From assembly GCA_964345255.1 (NCBI GenBank), contig CAYFQK010000004.1, positions 1-43,630 on the forward strand: a stretch of DNA of 43,630 nt. Direction: 5' to 3'. Of the stretch, positions 24,803 through 35,925 are shown piece after piece; position 1 is the first letter of the stretch, and every line of letters begins with the position of its first letter. The notes beneath the pieces were generated by a model. It did not search any database, was not told the origin of the DNA, and saw nothing but the letters and a program-made list of their open reading frames with translations. A program made the position numbers and the translations under genes. This DNA is from an uncultured Bacteroidales bacterium. Lineage in GTDB: Bacteria; Bacteroidota; Bacteroidia; Bacteroidales; JAIPAH01.

Positions 24803-26332
24803 ATGGAAGAAAAGATTATTATTCTGGATTTTGGTTCTCAGTATACGCAACTTATCGCCCGCAGAGTAAGAGAACTAAACGTCTACTGCGACATATACCC
24901 TTTTAATCATGTCCCCCAAATAACGGAAGATATCATAGGAGTGATTCTTTCCGGCAGTCCCCACTCGGTGAAAGACAAGGAAGCCCCGGTTCCCGACTTG
25001 TCCAAAATCAGAAACAAAGTCCCTGTGCTGGCTATTTGTTATGGTGCGCAGTTTTTGGCAGATAGTAGTGGCGGAGAGGTGCTCCCATCGGAAATAAGGG
25101 AATATGGTAGAGCCAACCTATCATACATCAATCACAATAATGAGCTGATGAAAGGTATGACTGATGGATGCCAGGTGTGGATGTCACATGGTGATACTAT
25201 CCTTGAATTACCTGCCGGATTTAACATTATCACAAGTACCGATGATGTTAAGGTGGCCGGGTTCAAAATTAAAGATGAACCTACCTGGGGAATCCAGTTT
25301 CATCCGGAGGTATACCATACGTCAGAGGGGAAAACATTGCTGCAGAATTTTGTTGTAGAGATTTGCGGAGCCGACCAGTCATGGACTGCTGAGTCTTTTG
25401 TTGAGGAGAGTGTGCAGCAGTTGAAAGAAAAGATTGGCAACGACAAGGTAGTGCTGGGATTATCAGGCGGGGTGGATTCTTCTGTTGCCGCTATGCTGCT
25501 GGACAAAGCCGTAGGAAATAATCTGCACTGTATTTTCGTTGATAATGGGTTGCTACGAAAGAAAGAATTTGAAGAGGTGCTGGAATCGTATAAGTATATG
25601 GGCCTCAATGTAAAAGGAGTAGATGCCAAAGATGAGTTTTATGAAGCACTGAAAGAAAAAGCAGAGCCCGAGGAAAAACGTAAAGCTATAGGGAAAACCT
25701 TTATTGAAATTTTTGATAAAGAGGCGCACAGCATTAGAGACGTGAAGTGGCTTGCACAGGGAACCATTTATCCTGATGTGATTGAATCTGTTTCAGTTAA
25801 TGGCCCCTCGGTAACTATTAAGTCACATCACAATGTGGGGGGGCTTCCTGAAAAAATGAATATGAAGGTAGTGGAGCCGCTAAAAAGTCTTTTTAAGGAT
25901 GAAGTAAGAAGAGTGGGGAAATCGATGGATATGGATCCGAAAATCATGAACCGTCACCCTTTTCCGGGTCCCGGATTGGCTATCCGTATATTAGGAGAGG
26001 TGAATCCTGAACGGGTAAGAATACTGCAGGAAGTAGATAGCTATTTCATTGGGGGGCTAAGAGACGCAGGATTGTACGATGACGTGTGGCAGGCTGCTGC
26101 GATTTTGCTGCCCGTGAGTTCGGTTGGTGTTATGGGAGATGAACGAACATATGAAAATGTGGTAGCGCTAAGAGCAGTAGAATCAACCGATGGCATGACA
26201 GCCGACTGGTCAAAACTGCCTTACGATTTTCTGGGCAAAGTATCCAATAAAATAATTAACCGTGTGAGGGGAGTTAACAGGGTAGTTTATGATATAAGCT
26301 CTAAACCTCCGGCAACAATAGAATGGGAATAG
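24803..26332 (+). CDS. guaA: GMP synthase (glutamine-hydrolysing)
   Basis: [40 protein letters not shown] and KPPATIEWE. Start set at ATG 24803, after TATATTTG at 24791-24798. Confidence 0.98.
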   Translation: MEEKIIILDFGSQYTQLIARRVRELNVYCDIYPFNHVPQITEDIIGVILSGSPHSVKDKEAPVPDLSKIRNKVPVLAICYGAQFLADSSGGEVLPSEIREYGRANLSYINHNNELMKGMTDGCQVWMSHGDTILELPAGFNIITSTDDVKVAGFKIKDEPTWGIQFHPEVYHTSEGKTLLQNFVVEICGADQSWTAESFVEESVQQLKEKIGNDKVVLGLSGGVDSSVAAMLLDKAVGNNLHCIFVDNGLLRKKEFEEVLESYKYMGLNVKGVDAKDEFYEALKEKAEPEEKRKAIGKTFIEIFDKEAHSIRDVKWLAQGTIYPDVIESVSVNGPSVTIKSHHNVGGLPEKMNMKVVEPLKSLFKDEVRRVGKSMDMDPKIMNRHPFPGPGLAIRILGEVNPERVRILQEVDSYFIGGLRDAGLYDDVWQAAAILLPVSSVGVMGDERTYENVVALRAVESTDGMTADWSKLPYDFLGKVSNKIINRVRGVNRVVYDISSKPPATIEWE

Positions 26333-26355
26333 TAATCAGCAAGATAATAGGTCAT

Positions 26356-28785
26356 ATGAAAATCAGCATTCGAGTCGTAGCTTTTTTCTTTTTTTTGATC
26401 TCCGGTACTTACGTTTTTGGCCAGGAAGGCGAGAAGTCTTCCATTGTTGAAACAATTGAAGGGAAAAAATATTATATCCATCTAATTCAGCCCGGCGAAA
26501 CGCTTGGCGATTTAGGGAAGCTATATGGTGTTTCAACGGAAAAGATCATTGAATCCACCCCTTCGCTGGAGAGAGAAGACAATCTTCGTCCCAATCAAAT
26601 ATTAAGGATTCCTGTCGCGGCAGCTAACCCGATGTCTTCTGATAAAGTCAATGAAGTTTCAGAGAAGCCACGCCCCGGGCAGGATGACTCTGACCAGCAG
26701 CAAGAAAGCGGGGAGACTGGAGAACAAAGAAAAAAAAGCGCTGATAAAAAATTAGTCTACCACAAGGTAAACGAAGGAGAGACGCTGTTCAGCATATCTC
26801 AAAAATATAAAGTCACTGTAGAACAAATAAAAAACGTGAATCCGGGGCTTACACAAAACATCAGTCCGGGCAAAACCATTACCATTCCCCTTCACCTGGC
26901 CGGCGGAGAGTCTTCCAAAAAGATAGAGGATAAAGGTGTTTTTAAGGGAAACCGGTTTAATGCCTACCAGGTTAAAAAAGGAGAGACGATATACCGTATT
27001 GCTAAGAATTTTGGTATATCTCAAAAGCGTCTTTTAAATATGAATCCGGAGATTAGTGTGAATAACCTGAATGTAGGTTCCAGAATTCGCATACCCATAG
27101 AAGGTGAATCCCCTGTTCTTCAGGCCAAAACCAGTAGCAGCGATAATGAATCTGCTCAGGCCGACAAGCAGGATATCCCTGAAAAGCAGGAGGAGCAGGA
27201 CACCATTCAGACTTATCGCTATTATAAAGTCAAGTTCCTGGAACGTGTGCCCGGAATATCTAAAAGACAAAATATTGATATTGATACGATCTATAAATTG
27301 AACCCTGGCATCAAAAAAGAGGGGGTTAATTGGGGCGATGTTATCAAATTACCCCGCGAGGCAGAAGTGAAAAGTGCTGTTTATGAGCAGGACACTCCTG
27401 AAGACATGCCTTCGGACACCACAATTAATTACATAGTCCACCGGGTGATGAAGAAAGAAACCCTGTATCGTATAGCGAAATTGTATGATGTTTCTCAAAG
27501 CGCTATCGTAGAACTTAATCCCGGTGCGGATAAGCAGATAGAAAAAGGCCGGAAATTAAAGATCCCCGTTAAAAAGCCAACCACGAAGGTAGAGACAGTG
27601 CAGGAAGAGGAAGAGAAAGATAAAGCGGAAGAAAAGGATGTGTTCAAAAGCAAATGCCTGGAGCAGTCGGGGATGGGGCAGCGCTTTAAGATTGCCCTGA
27701 TGGTTCCGCTGTACCTCGAAAATTATAAAGCGATCGATACCTCTGATTTTAAGTATAATAAACCAAAAGGTTTGAAATCACTGAACTTTATACAGTTTTA
27801 TGAAGGCGCCCTCCTGGCTCTTGATACGCTTGAAAAGCAGGGCATGAAATCTGATGTTTATGTTTATGATGTGGGAAAATCCCGTGAAAAAGCTATAAGG
27901 AGTATCGACCAGAAATTGCAGGATGTTGACCTTATCATCGGCCCGGTTTATAATGAACCATTTAATGTGATATCTGAGTTTGCCCAAAAGCATGATATCA
28001 GGATAGTAAACCCGCTATCAGGCCGTAAAAGTATTATCGAGGACAAAGAGGGGGTGTTTAAAGTTCAGGCCCCTGAACGCGTAGAGATGAAAGCCATGAG
28101 CAAGTATATCAACAAGCACTATCCTGATACAACTGATATCTATATTGTACGCGATAATAAATATGTGGAAAAAGAGAATCTGGAAATGCTCAGGGAGAAA
28201 CTCCGGGTAGACACCGCATCGCTTTTCAGTCCGATACGCAGAATCGTAGACATAAAATATGTTACAGACAGCCTTAACCCGGTGCTCAGCCAGGTTGATT
28301 CGTTAAACAAGAGCAGAGAAATTGTAGTGGCGCTTACCCATAACAGGGTTTTTACTATCGAGTTATTGAGGCACCTCAATGAAGCACGTGACAGTATTGG
28401 CGGTCTTACCGTTTTTGGAAAGTCTTCATGGAGAGACTATGGACTGGATTCGGAATATCTTATGAATCTTGATGTACACCTCTTTGATGATGAGTATATT
28501 CAGTATGACTCATCGAATGTTAAGTGGTTTTTGAGTCATTACAGAGAAAAATATAAAACAGAACCTCTGCCTGAAAAATACGCATATACAGGGTTTGATA
28601 TTATGTATTACTTTGGGAGCGCTTTAATGCGTTTTGGAAAAGATTTTGAAAAGTGCCTGAAATATCATCGGCCAAATACCCTTGAATTGATTATGCGTTT
28701 CCGAGAGAATGACTCAGGTAGTTTTGAGAATATTCACAGTTCGCCCCTGCGCTACTATAACTATAAGCTGATAAAGATGGACTGA
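26356..28785 (+). CDS. Five-LysM protein with a C-terminal periplasmic-binding-protein-like domain
   Basis: Signal peptide from ATG 26356; five LysM units (one degenerate); IALMVPL..FYEG..DLIIGP..GFD tail. Confidence 0.88.
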   Translation: MKISIRVVAFFFFLISGTYVFGQEGEKSSIVETIEGKKYYIHLIQPGETLGDLGKLYGVSTEKIIESTPSLEREDNLRPNQILRIPVAAANPMSSDKVNEVSEKPRPGQDDSDQQQESGETGEQRKKSADKKLVYHKVNEGETLFSISQKYKVTVEQIKNVNPGLTQNISPGKTITIPLHLAGGESSKKIEDKGVFKGNRFNAYQVKKGETIYRIAKNFGISQKRLLNMNPEISVNNLNVGSRIRIPIEGESPVLQAKTSSSDNESAQADKQDIPEKQEEQDTIQTYRYYKVKFLERVPGISKRQNIDIDTIYKLNPGIKKEGVNWGDVIKLPREAEVKSAVYEQDTPEDMPSDTTINYIVHRVMKKETLYRIAKLYDVSQSAIVELNPGADKQIEKGRKLKIPVKKPTTKVETVQEEEEKDKAEEKDVFKSKCLEQSGMGQRFKIALMVPLYLENYKAIDTSDFKYNKPKGLKSLNFIQFYEGALLALDTLEKQGMKSDVYVYDVGKSREKAIRSIDQKLQDVDLIIGPVYNEPFNVISEFAQKHDIRIVNPLSGRKSIIEDKEGVFKVQAPERVEMKAMSKYINKHYPDTTDIYIVRDNKYVEKENLEMLREKLRVDTASLFSPIRRIVDIKYVTDSLNPVLSQVDSLNKSREIVVALTHNRVFTIELLRHLNEARDSIGGLTVFGKSSWRDYGLDSEYLMNLDVHLFDDEYIQYDSSNVKWFLSHYREKYKTEPLPEKYAYTGFDIMYYFGSALMRFGKDFEKCLKYHRPNTLELIMRFRENDSGSFENIHSSPLRYYNYKLIKMD

Positions 28786-28786
28786 T

Positions 28787-28818
28787 AAAAAAAGACAGTG
28801 TAAAAACACTGTCTTTTT
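28787..28818. terminator. Bidirectional intrinsic terminator
   Basis: AAAAAGACAGTG-TAAAAA-CACTGTCTTTTT between convergent genes. Confidence 0.9.
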
Positions 28819-28835
28819 GTTTGCCGGTTAACCCC

Positions 28836-29483
28836 TCATCGCATGTCGATGATGTCTACATCCGGGTGATTCTCTTTGCTGAACCGGAACGAATCTTCCG
28901 GGACACTTATGTTTGGCAGAAGCTCTTCAACAGTGTAAGTGAACTTATTCCCCATATCCCCGAAAATAATCAGCTTATAGATTTCATCACGGGTGGTATC
29001 CACAACAAGGTGAGCCCTTTTGAAGGTTTCATTTTCATTTTTAGGGATAAGTTTTATCACGGCCAGCTTCCGGTTCTGTTCTTTTGTTTTTTCTATTAAC
29101 TCCGTTTCGTAATTTGCCTTGTAGTTCCTGATGAGTTGGGTGGGATTGAAGCGTGTATTTTCTTCTGATACGTTATTGAGCTGTACTTCCTGTGCATCAG
29201 GAATATAAGTCCATACTTTTTTCCCGTTGTTGATAATTTCCTGCCCGGCCACCTTTAACCGGTATTTATCTCCCTTAGAAATGATCTCCCCCCTGTAATT
29301 TTCGTGGATATCCTGTTCTTCATTATCCATTGAATAGCTAAAAATAATTTTTACAGTATTATATGATGTTGTTTTGCTGGCTACTTTATCAAGAATATTT
29401 TCCGCTTTTGTTTCTTGCACTTGAGACATTAATGAGCTAAAAATCAATAAATTAGCAACCAATAGCAGTACTGTTTTTTTCAT
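28836..29483 (-). CDS. lolA: Outer-membrane lipoprotein carrier, LolA family
   Basis: Signal peptide from ATG 29483; KGDKY, NGKKVWTY..EV and F.F......DIIDMR; lies downstream of ftsK. Confidence 0.8.
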   Translation of the reverse strand: MKKTVLLLVANLLIFSSLMSQVQETKAENILDKVASKTTSYNTVKIIFSYSMDNEEQDIHENYRGEIISKGDKYRLKVAGQEIINNGKKVWTYIPDAQEVQLNNVSEENTRFNPTQLIRNYKANYETELIEKTKEQNRKLAVIKLIPKNENETFKRAHLVVDTTRDEIYKLIIFGDMGNKFTYTVEELLPNISVPEDSFRFSKENHPDVDIIDMR

Positions 29484-29501
29484 TTCCCCTCGTCTTTTCA
29501 T

Positions 29502-32045
29502 TTAACTGATGTTGTCCAATAATTGTTCCAGGCTAACCATATCCTGGATTAATACTTCTCTTGCTTTGCTTCCTTCAAAGGGACCTACCACCCCGGCAGC
29601 TTCCAGCTGGTCAATAATTCTTCCGGCCCGGTTGTAGCCGATTTTGAGTTTTCTTTGCAGAAGTGATGTCGATCCGTGCTGGTTAGAAACGACCACGCGT
29701 GCAGCTTCATCAAACATGTCATCTCTGCCCAGGTCTTCAAGGTCTTTAGAAGTTTCCGTTTCTTCATCTACATATTCAGGTAGCTTAAAAGCCTCAGGAT
29801 ATGCCCGTTGCGAGCCTATATATTCGGTTAATTTTTCTATTTCCATAGTATCCAAAAACGCTCCCTGCAGGCGCACCAGCTCTTTCCCGGTGTAAAGAAG
29901 CATATCGCCGCGCCCTACAAGCTGTTCGGCGCCCCCTGAGTCGAGAATGGTTCGCGAGTCGACTTTTGAGATAACACGGTAAGCTATTCTCGCGGGGAAA
30001 TTTGCCTTGATGGAGCCGGTGATGATATTCACCGAAGGGCGCTGCGTGGCGATGATTAAATGAATACCTATCGCCCTTGCCAACTGTGCCAGGCGGGTGA
30101 TAGGGCCTTCGATTTCTTTCCCTGAGGTCATTATGAGGTCCGCAAATTCATCAATCACTAAAACAATGTACGGCATGAAACGGTGTCCGTTTTCCGGGTT
30201 AAGTTTTCGCGCAGTAAATTTTTGATTGTATTCTTTGATAGATTTTACCTGGGCATCTTTGAGTAAGTTATACCGGTCTTCCATTTCAATTACCAAAGAA
30301 TTAAGTGTGCGGACTACCTCCCGGGTTTCGGTAACAATCGATTCCTCCACATCAGGGAGCTTTGCCAGGTAGTGCCTTTCAATCTTATTGTAAAGGGTAA
30401 GCTCTACTTTTTTCGGATCCACAAGTATGAACTTCAGCATGGAAGGGTGCTTGCTGTATAGCAATGAGGATATGATGGCATTCAGTCCCACGGATTTCCC
30501 CTGGCCCGTAGCTCCTGCCATAAGCAGGTGTGGCATTTTAGCCAGGTCAGTGATAAAGCTCTCATTGGATATAGTTTTTCCCAGCCCGATGGGCAGCTCG
30601 TAGTGTGACTGCCTGAATTTTTTTGAGCTCAGTATAGAGCGCATAGCTACGGTTTGAGGCTCTTTGTTGGGAACTTCTATGCCGATAGTCCCCCTTCCCG
30701 GGATAGGTGCTATAATCCTTATTCCGTGGGCTGCCAGGCTCATGGCGATATCATCCTCCAGGTTTTTGATTTTGGAGATGCGGATGCCGGGAGCTTGCAC
30801 AATCTCATAGAGCGTGACCGAGGGTCCCGGAGTAGCACGGATAGAGGTGATTTTTATTGAATAATTCTGCAGGGTGTCTACAATTTGTTGCTTGTTTTCC
30901 TCCAGCTCCTCCTTTTGAACTTTTATGTCATGCGAATCTTCGTAAGTCTCCAGCAAATCGAGGGTGGGGAACTGAAATTCGGGCAAATCAAGTGTGGGAT
31001 CGTATTCGGTACCTAACCCCTGGCGCTTAGGTTCCTGGTGGTTCTTTTGATCGGTGCCCTCGTCTGTATTTTTGGGGGTCTCTATCGTAAATTCAATTTC
31101 GTCCTCCTCAGCTTCTGCGTTTGAAGGAGCTTTTGTTTGCTTCGGCTCAGAATCATCATTGGCATGATCGACAGGAGGGATGGGATCTTCCTCTTCACTA
31201 TCGTGCTTCAGAACTTCAGGTTCGTCTTCGTCAACGGCATATTCTTCGGTATTAAAAGTTCCTTTTTTGATGCTACCTGGTTTTTCATTGTCTCTATCCG
31301 CCTTGCCTTCTTCTTTCTCTTCAGAACCTGATGGCTGTTTTGCCTTTTTGGTTTTTTTACCTGTGGAGGTAAGGGCTTCAAAATCCATCCAGCGCCATGG
31401 AATGTTGTAGGCTACTGTAGTAATGCTGAGCAGAATAAACAGAAGTAAAATGCCGGTGCCTGAATTTCCCAGCACAGATGTGAGGAAAACATTCCCCTGA
31501 TAGCCGAATACCCCACTAAGTAAGCTTAAATCATCAGAATGAAAAAATAAAAATCCCGTTGTAAGGGATATCCAGACGGTAAGCAAAAGCGTGTATACCA
31601 AAGTTTTTCCCAGATCTACCATTCGGTAGCCACTGGCAAGGTATAAGCCCAGAACAAAAAAGAAGAAACAAAACAGAAAAGATCCGATACCAAACCATTG
31701 ATGAATAAATTGATAGGAGAGGGCGGCGCCTATGCGTCCGGCCCAGTTATGGTGATCCACACCTTCATTGGTGAGAATTTCACTGAATGTCATCCCCAAA
31801 AGGGCATCATCGTTACCAAAGTCAAACCACTGGTAGAGGTATGATAACATGGATATGAGCAAATATACTGAGAAGAGCATCAGAAAGATGCCGGTGATTA
31901 TCCTTAGATTCCGGTACCGTTTCTGCCGGGAGGCTTTTGTTTTTTTTACAGTCTTCCCGGGCTTTTTTTTACCCTTGTCCTTTGGCGGATTTGCTTTCTC
32001 CTGGTTTTTTGTCTTTAAGGTATTTTTATTCCCGTTGGTCGCCAT
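29502..32045 (-). CDS. ftsK: DNA translocase FtsK
   Basis: N-terminal TM domain, PHLLMAGATGQGKS, IDEFAD, ATQRPS, and gamma domain LQRKLKIGYNRAGR. Start at ATG 32045, after TAATTTTG at 32063-32070. Confidence 0.97.
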   Translation of the reverse strand: MATNGNKNTLKTKNQEKANPPKDKGKKKPGKTVKKTKASRQKRYRNLRIITGIFLMLFSVYLLISMLSYLYQWFDFGNDDALLGMTFSEILTNEGVDHHNWAGRIGAALSYQFIHQWFGIGSFLFCFFFFVLGLYLASGYRMVDLGKTLVYTLLLTVWISLTTGFLFFHSDDLSLLSGVFGYQGNVFLTSVLGNSGTGILLLFILLSITTVAYNIPWRWMDFEALTSTGKKTKKAKQPSGSEEKEEGKADRDNEKPGSIKKGTFNTEEYAVDEDEPEVLKHDSEEEDPIPPVDHANDDSEPKQTKAPSNAEAEEDEIEFTIETPKNTDEGTDQKNHQEPKRQGLGTEYDPTLDLPEFQFPTLDLLETYEDSHDIKVQKEELEENKQQIVDTLQNYSIKITSIRATPGPSVTLYEIVQAPGIRISKIKNLEDDIAMSLAAHGIRIIAPIPGRGTIGIEVPNKEPQTVAMRSILSSKKFRQSHYELPIGLGKTISNESFITDLAKMPHLLMAGATGQGKSVGLNAIISSLLYSKHPSMLKFILVDPKKVELTLYNKIERHYLAKLPDVEESIVTETREVVRTLNSLVIEMEDRYNLLKDAQVKSIKEYNQKFTARKLNPENGHRFMPYIVLVIDEFADLIMTSGKEIEGPITRLAQLARAIGIHLIIATQRPSVNIITGSIKANFPARIAYRVISKVDSRTILDSGGAEQLVGRGDMLLYTGKELVRLQGAFLDTMEIEKLTEYIGSQRAYPEAFKLPEYVDEETETSKDLEDLGRDDMFDEAARVVVSNQHGSTSLLQRKLKIGYNRAGRIIDQLEAAGVVGPFEGSKAREVLIQDMVSLEQLLDNIS

Positions 32046-32253
32046 CAGGTTTGAAATTTCAGCAAAATTACAAAATCTTACCTGACCATTACTGAAAAAA
32101 GAGTGCATCCGGAAGCCCTTTCTAATCGGACCCTTTTTCAATGCCAGGTGAAGTTACCCGTTTGTTCGTGTGATTTAATAAAACGCGGGTTTATTAAAAG
32201 TAGTATATGTTCCGCTTTTTTAGCCTGTTATTAAAAAGCATTCTTATAATCAA

Positions 32254-32925
32254 CTATTGACCTAACATATTTTGCAGCTCTTCCTGAGTTACTTTTTGGT
32301 AATCATCAGGAATAGCAAAAGCATCATCTGATATTTTTGTTTCCTCTACCTCTGCTGCTGTCAGTTTCATGGTAAACATGTTGGTCTTCATCTGGTATTC
32401 CAGCGGGATACCGTTAATCTGCTTATATGCAGGAGAATCAAAATTAAGAGAGGCTTTTCCTATGTCAGGACTAAAATAAATGTTTTGCTCATCCCCGTCT
32501 TCAGAGGTGACAACGGCTTTTTTGCATGTGCGCCCGGCAATCTCTTTTGTTTCATCGGTGATGGCTACTTTTGGCTTCCCCTGTTCTTCAATTTGTTTTT
32601 GGATGTCCTCCGGTGTCTGCTCAATAGCATATTTCTGACCCATAATCTCAAGGAGTGTCGTTGCTTTCTTCTTCTTCGCATCCTTAATGGTTTTACGGGT
32701 AAACATGCCGGTAATCATTTCAGATTTTACTTTATCACCCTTAACATACAGGGTAAGATTGCTTGGAAGACGCTGCTGCTGTGCTTCCGGCATAGAGCTT
32801 TCGGGGTATGTTATTTCGTATTTTATTTTACCCTCGAAGCTTTTATCGGCTGCACCTCCTTTAAAAATTGAGCAGGAACTCATCAGAAATACAGTGGCCA
32901 ACGATAATATCAGGATCTTTTTCAT
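32254..32925 (-). CDS. Lipoprotein, DUF4412/GLPGLI-like
   Basis: Lipobox LMSSC; FEG.I.Y, ETKEIAGRTCKKA, G.PL.Y and F.IP.DY motifs. Confidence 0.75.
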   Translation of the reverse strand: MKKILILSLATVFLMSSCSIFKGGAADKSFEGKIKYEITYPESSMPEAQQQRLPSNLTLYVKGDKVKSEMITGMFTRKTIKDAKKKKATTLLEIMGQKYAIEQTPEDIQKQIEEQGKPKVAITDETKEIAGRTCKKAVVTSEDGDEQNIYFSPDIGKASLNFDSPAYKQINGIPLEYQMKTNMFTMKLTAAEVEETKISDDAFAIPDDYQKVTQEELQNMLGQ

Positions 32926-32940
32926 AGCTTAATGGTTAAA

Positions 32941-34449
32941 TTAGTTTATAGTTCTGAACATTTTATTCCAACGTATTTTATTTAGGAAAGACCGGTTAGG
33001 GTCTAAAGAAAGCCATACAAACACAGCTTTTCCAACGATATGATTTTCAGGGACAAAACCCCAGAATCGACTATCGGCAGAGTTGTGGCGGTTATCGCCC
33101 ATCATCCAGTAATAGTTCATTTTGAATGTGTAACTATCTGTTTTCTCTCCGTTTATGTATATCTCACTACCGTCAACCCTCAGATCATTCTTTTCATATA
33201 CATCTATTACGCGTTCATATAGCGCTATGTTTCGGCTGTTTAACTGTATGGTTTTTCCTTTTTTAGGGATATACAGGGGGCCGAAGTTATCTTCATTCCA
33301 TTTATAGGCCGAATCGTGTGGAAAAATATAGGGCATCCTTACCCCGTCGGGCCGGTTAACAGGCCGCACTTCTTTCACTATTTTAAAGTTCTTTATTTTC
33401 TCTACATTCTCCTCGGTGAGGGTCATGAGAAATTCAGTGCTGCTGATATTCCTTACATTCTCCGTGATATTCATGCGCTTCAGGGTGCGGGGATTAATTC
33501 TCGACCCATCGGTCTTTACAATATATTTATACTGCGTTATGCCAGGGGTGTCAAGGTTTTTTCCGTTGAGGGTTATGTTTCTATCAATAATTTCAAGCGT
33601 ATCACCGGGCATTCCCACAGATCTCTTAATGAAATTTTCCCTTTTATCAACCGGTCGGTAAATGATGTCCCCGAATCTTCTTTTGTTATTTCTTACTGTT
33701 TTCCGTCCATATTCTCTTACTAGTGAATAATAGGAACTGTTGCTCTGATATCGCTCTGATACGGTATCACCAACCGGAAAATTAAATACAACCACATCAT
33801 TTCTCTCGATATCGGTGAGTCCAAAAAACCGGTAATAGGGAAGTTTAACCCCCTCAACATACGATTTGGTGTTCTCGGTAAGAGGTAGTGTATGATGGAC
33901 AAAGGGAAAAGAGATGGGAGTCATCGGTGCACGAGGCCCGTAGCTTATTTTGCTGACAAACAGAAAATCACCTACAAGCAGCGATTTTTCCATAGAGGAA
34001 GTAGGTATCTTGTAGGCTTCTACCAGGAAGATGCGGATGATAGAGGCTGCAATAACTGCAAAAATAACGGCATCTACCCATTCGCGCGTGGCTGTTTTTT
34101 TAATTTTCGGCCGGTCTTTTGGGTCCTCGAACGTCTCATCTTTTGAGAACCCATAAAGGGGCAGTATGTAAAAAAACAAAATCACGGCCAGGGCCTGTTC
34201 GCCAAGCTTATGTTTTTTGTAACATTTGGCGGTTTCTACTACCAGCAGGAATACCATGAAATAGTTTATAAACGGTATTAAAAGGAAAATAAACCACCAT
34301 AAGGGCTTCCGCACTATTTTCAACCAGATGTAGTAGTTAAAAAGAGGGATGAAAGCATAGTAGCTTTTCTGCCCGGCCTCTGAGAAAGTTTTTGCTATAA
34401 AAACAGGAAAGAACAGGAAGATAATCAACAGTACTTTTTCTACAATCAT
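32941..34449 (-). CDS. lepB: Signal peptidase I with an N-terminal DUF5684-like membrane domain
   Basis: IPTSSME, GDFLFVSK, DVVVFN, FIKR and MGDNRHNSADSRFWG. Confidence 0.95.
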   Translation of the reverse strand: MIVEKVLLIIFLFFPVFIAKTFSEAGQKSYYAFIPLFNYYIWLKIVRKPLWWFIFLLIPFINYFMVFLLVVETAKCYKKHKLGEQALAVILFFYILPLYGFSKDETFEDPKDRPKIKKTATREWVDAVIFAVIAASIIRIFLVEAYKIPTSSMEKSLLVGDFLFVSKISYGPRAPMTPISFPFVHHTLPLTENTKSYVEGVKLPYYRFFGLTDIERNDVVVFNFPVGDTVSERYQSNSSYYSLVREYGRKTVRNNKRRFGDIIYRPVDKRENFIKRSVGMPGDTLEIIDRNITLNGKNLDTPGITQYKYIVKTDGSRINPRTLKRMNITENVRNISSTEFLMTLTEENVEKIKNFKIVKEVRPVNRPDGVRMPYIFPHDSAYKWNEDNFGPLYIPKKGKTIQLNSRNIALYERVIDVYEKNDLRVDGSEIYINGEKTDSYTFKMNYYWMMGDNRHNSADSRFWGFVPENHIVGKAVFVWLSLDPNRSFLNKIRWNKMFRTIN

Positions 34450-34514
34450 TTTATTTTATTTTATAAACTCTTGCAAAATTTCACTTTTTATGAGTGCGAA
34501 GAAACGCATTTCTG

Positions 34515-35237
34515 TTAAAAATTACTAAATATTAAATCTTTCATTGTGTATACGCCTTTTTTTCCGGCCAGAAATTCTGCTGCTAAAACCGCCCCCAGTG
34601 CAAATCCTTTTCGGGATTTTGCTTCATGCTGAATCGTAATCTTATCCACCTCCGAATTATAAACCACTTGATGCGTACCGGGCACTTCGTTTTCACGATA
34701 GGAAATAACAGGGAACGAGTCAGCCCGGGTAGCTTTTTCCTTTTCCCAGCTGGAATATTTTTTAAGAGAATAACTCATATCGTCGGCCAGTCTTGCCGCG
34801 GTGCCGCTGGGAGCATCTTTTTTATGCACATGGTGTGTTTCTTCAATTTGGGCATGGTATTGCTGCTGGTCACTCATTAATTCGGCCAGCGTCCTGTTCA
34901 GCTCAAAAAAGATATTAACCCCAATACTGAAGTTGGGGGCATAAAACAGGCTTTTGTTATGCTGCCGGCAGTATGTAGCTATTTCCTCCAGGTTGTCGTA
35001 CCAGGCGGTGGTGCCGGTTACAAAAGGAATGTCGAGTTTGAAGGCTTTGTAGATATTATCCATGATAACATCAGGAAGACTGAAGTCTATGATGACATCT
35101 GCTTTTTTAAGGCTGTTTTGTTTCTCTTCCCACTCATTATTGCTATCGACTGTTGCAGCAATGGTGTGTCCCCTTTGCAGCGCCTGTTCTTCCACTGCTT
35201 TGCCCATTCGTCCGTATCCTGAGAGTATGATATTCAT
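34515..35237 (-). CDS. dapB: 4-hydroxy-tetrahydrodipicolinate reductase
   Basis: GYGRMG, IDFS, GTT, NFSIGV, ETHH..KKDAPSGTA and GFALGA. Confidence 0.96.
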   Translation of the reverse strand: MNIILSGYGRMGKAVEEQALQRGHTIAATVDSNNEWEEKQNSLKKADVIIDFSLPDVIMDNIYKAFKLDIPFVTGTTAWYDNLEEIATYCRQHNKSLFYAPNFSIGVNIFFELNRTLAELMSDQQQYHAQIEETHHVHKKDAPSGTAARLADDMSYSLKKYSSWEKEKATRADSFPVISYRENEVPGTHQVVYNSEVDKITIQHEAKSRKGFALGAVLAAEFLAGKKGVYTMKDLIFSNF

Positions 35238-35250
35238 TGCATGAGGGTTT

Positions 35251-35925
35251 TTATAGGTTCAATGTGATACTAATTCCTTTATCAGCATATATCGCATGGC
35301 GCATAGGAGCAGGCCGGATGTAAGGTGATACTTCCAGTGAAAGATCTTTGTCCACATCGAAATGAAAAAAATGTGCATCGACCGTAGCATCCAATATGTT
35401 TAGAATGTATAAGGCGCCCGAGAGGATGTATGAAAGTTCCAGATTTCGCCGGTAAAAATCCTTTATTTTCCGCAGCTTTTCCGAGTTACTCTCATACCGC
35501 TCCACATATTCATTAGGGGGTTCTCCCGTATCCTCTGAGATGACATAGGAGTAGGCCGCTTTAAATTTATTGTATTCGGTATTGTTATTATCGATAAAAT
35601 AGACCAGTGTACCGAAACCCGCATAAATGATGGGGATCTTCCAGTATTTTTTATTGTATGCCTGTCCAAGGCCCGGCAGTGCTGCCGAGTATAAGGCTGC
35701 CTTTTTCGGCGAGTGAGGCTTTATAGAGTCAGCATTGGCTGGTGTTTCTGTTTTAGCCTGCTCTTTTTTATTATTTTCCTCCTGTGCCTGCAGCTTATGA
35801 GGAGCCATCATGAAAAAAATCACTGAAAAAAGGGCACAAAAAAACAAAGGTTTTCGCCTCGCTCTGTCCATGGAAACAAAAACCTTTGTCACAATAATTC
35901 TGTCACTTAACAATTTATTCACCAC
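35251..35925 (-). CDS. DUF5683 family protein
   Basis: SPKKAALYSAALPGLGQAYNKKYWKIPIIY and LNILDATVDAH. The true start may lie further downstream. Confidence 0.85.
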   Translation of the reverse strand: MVNKLLSDRIIVTKVFVSMDRARRKPLFFCALFSVIFFMMAPHKLQAQEENNKKEQAKTETPANADSIKPHSPKKAALYSAALPGLGQAYNKKYWKIPIIYAGFGTLVYFIDNNNTEYNKFKAAYSYVISEDTGEPPNEYVERYESNSEKLRKIKDFYRRNLELSYILSGALYILNILDATVDAHFFHFDVDKDLSLEVSPYIRPAPMRHAIYADKGISITLNL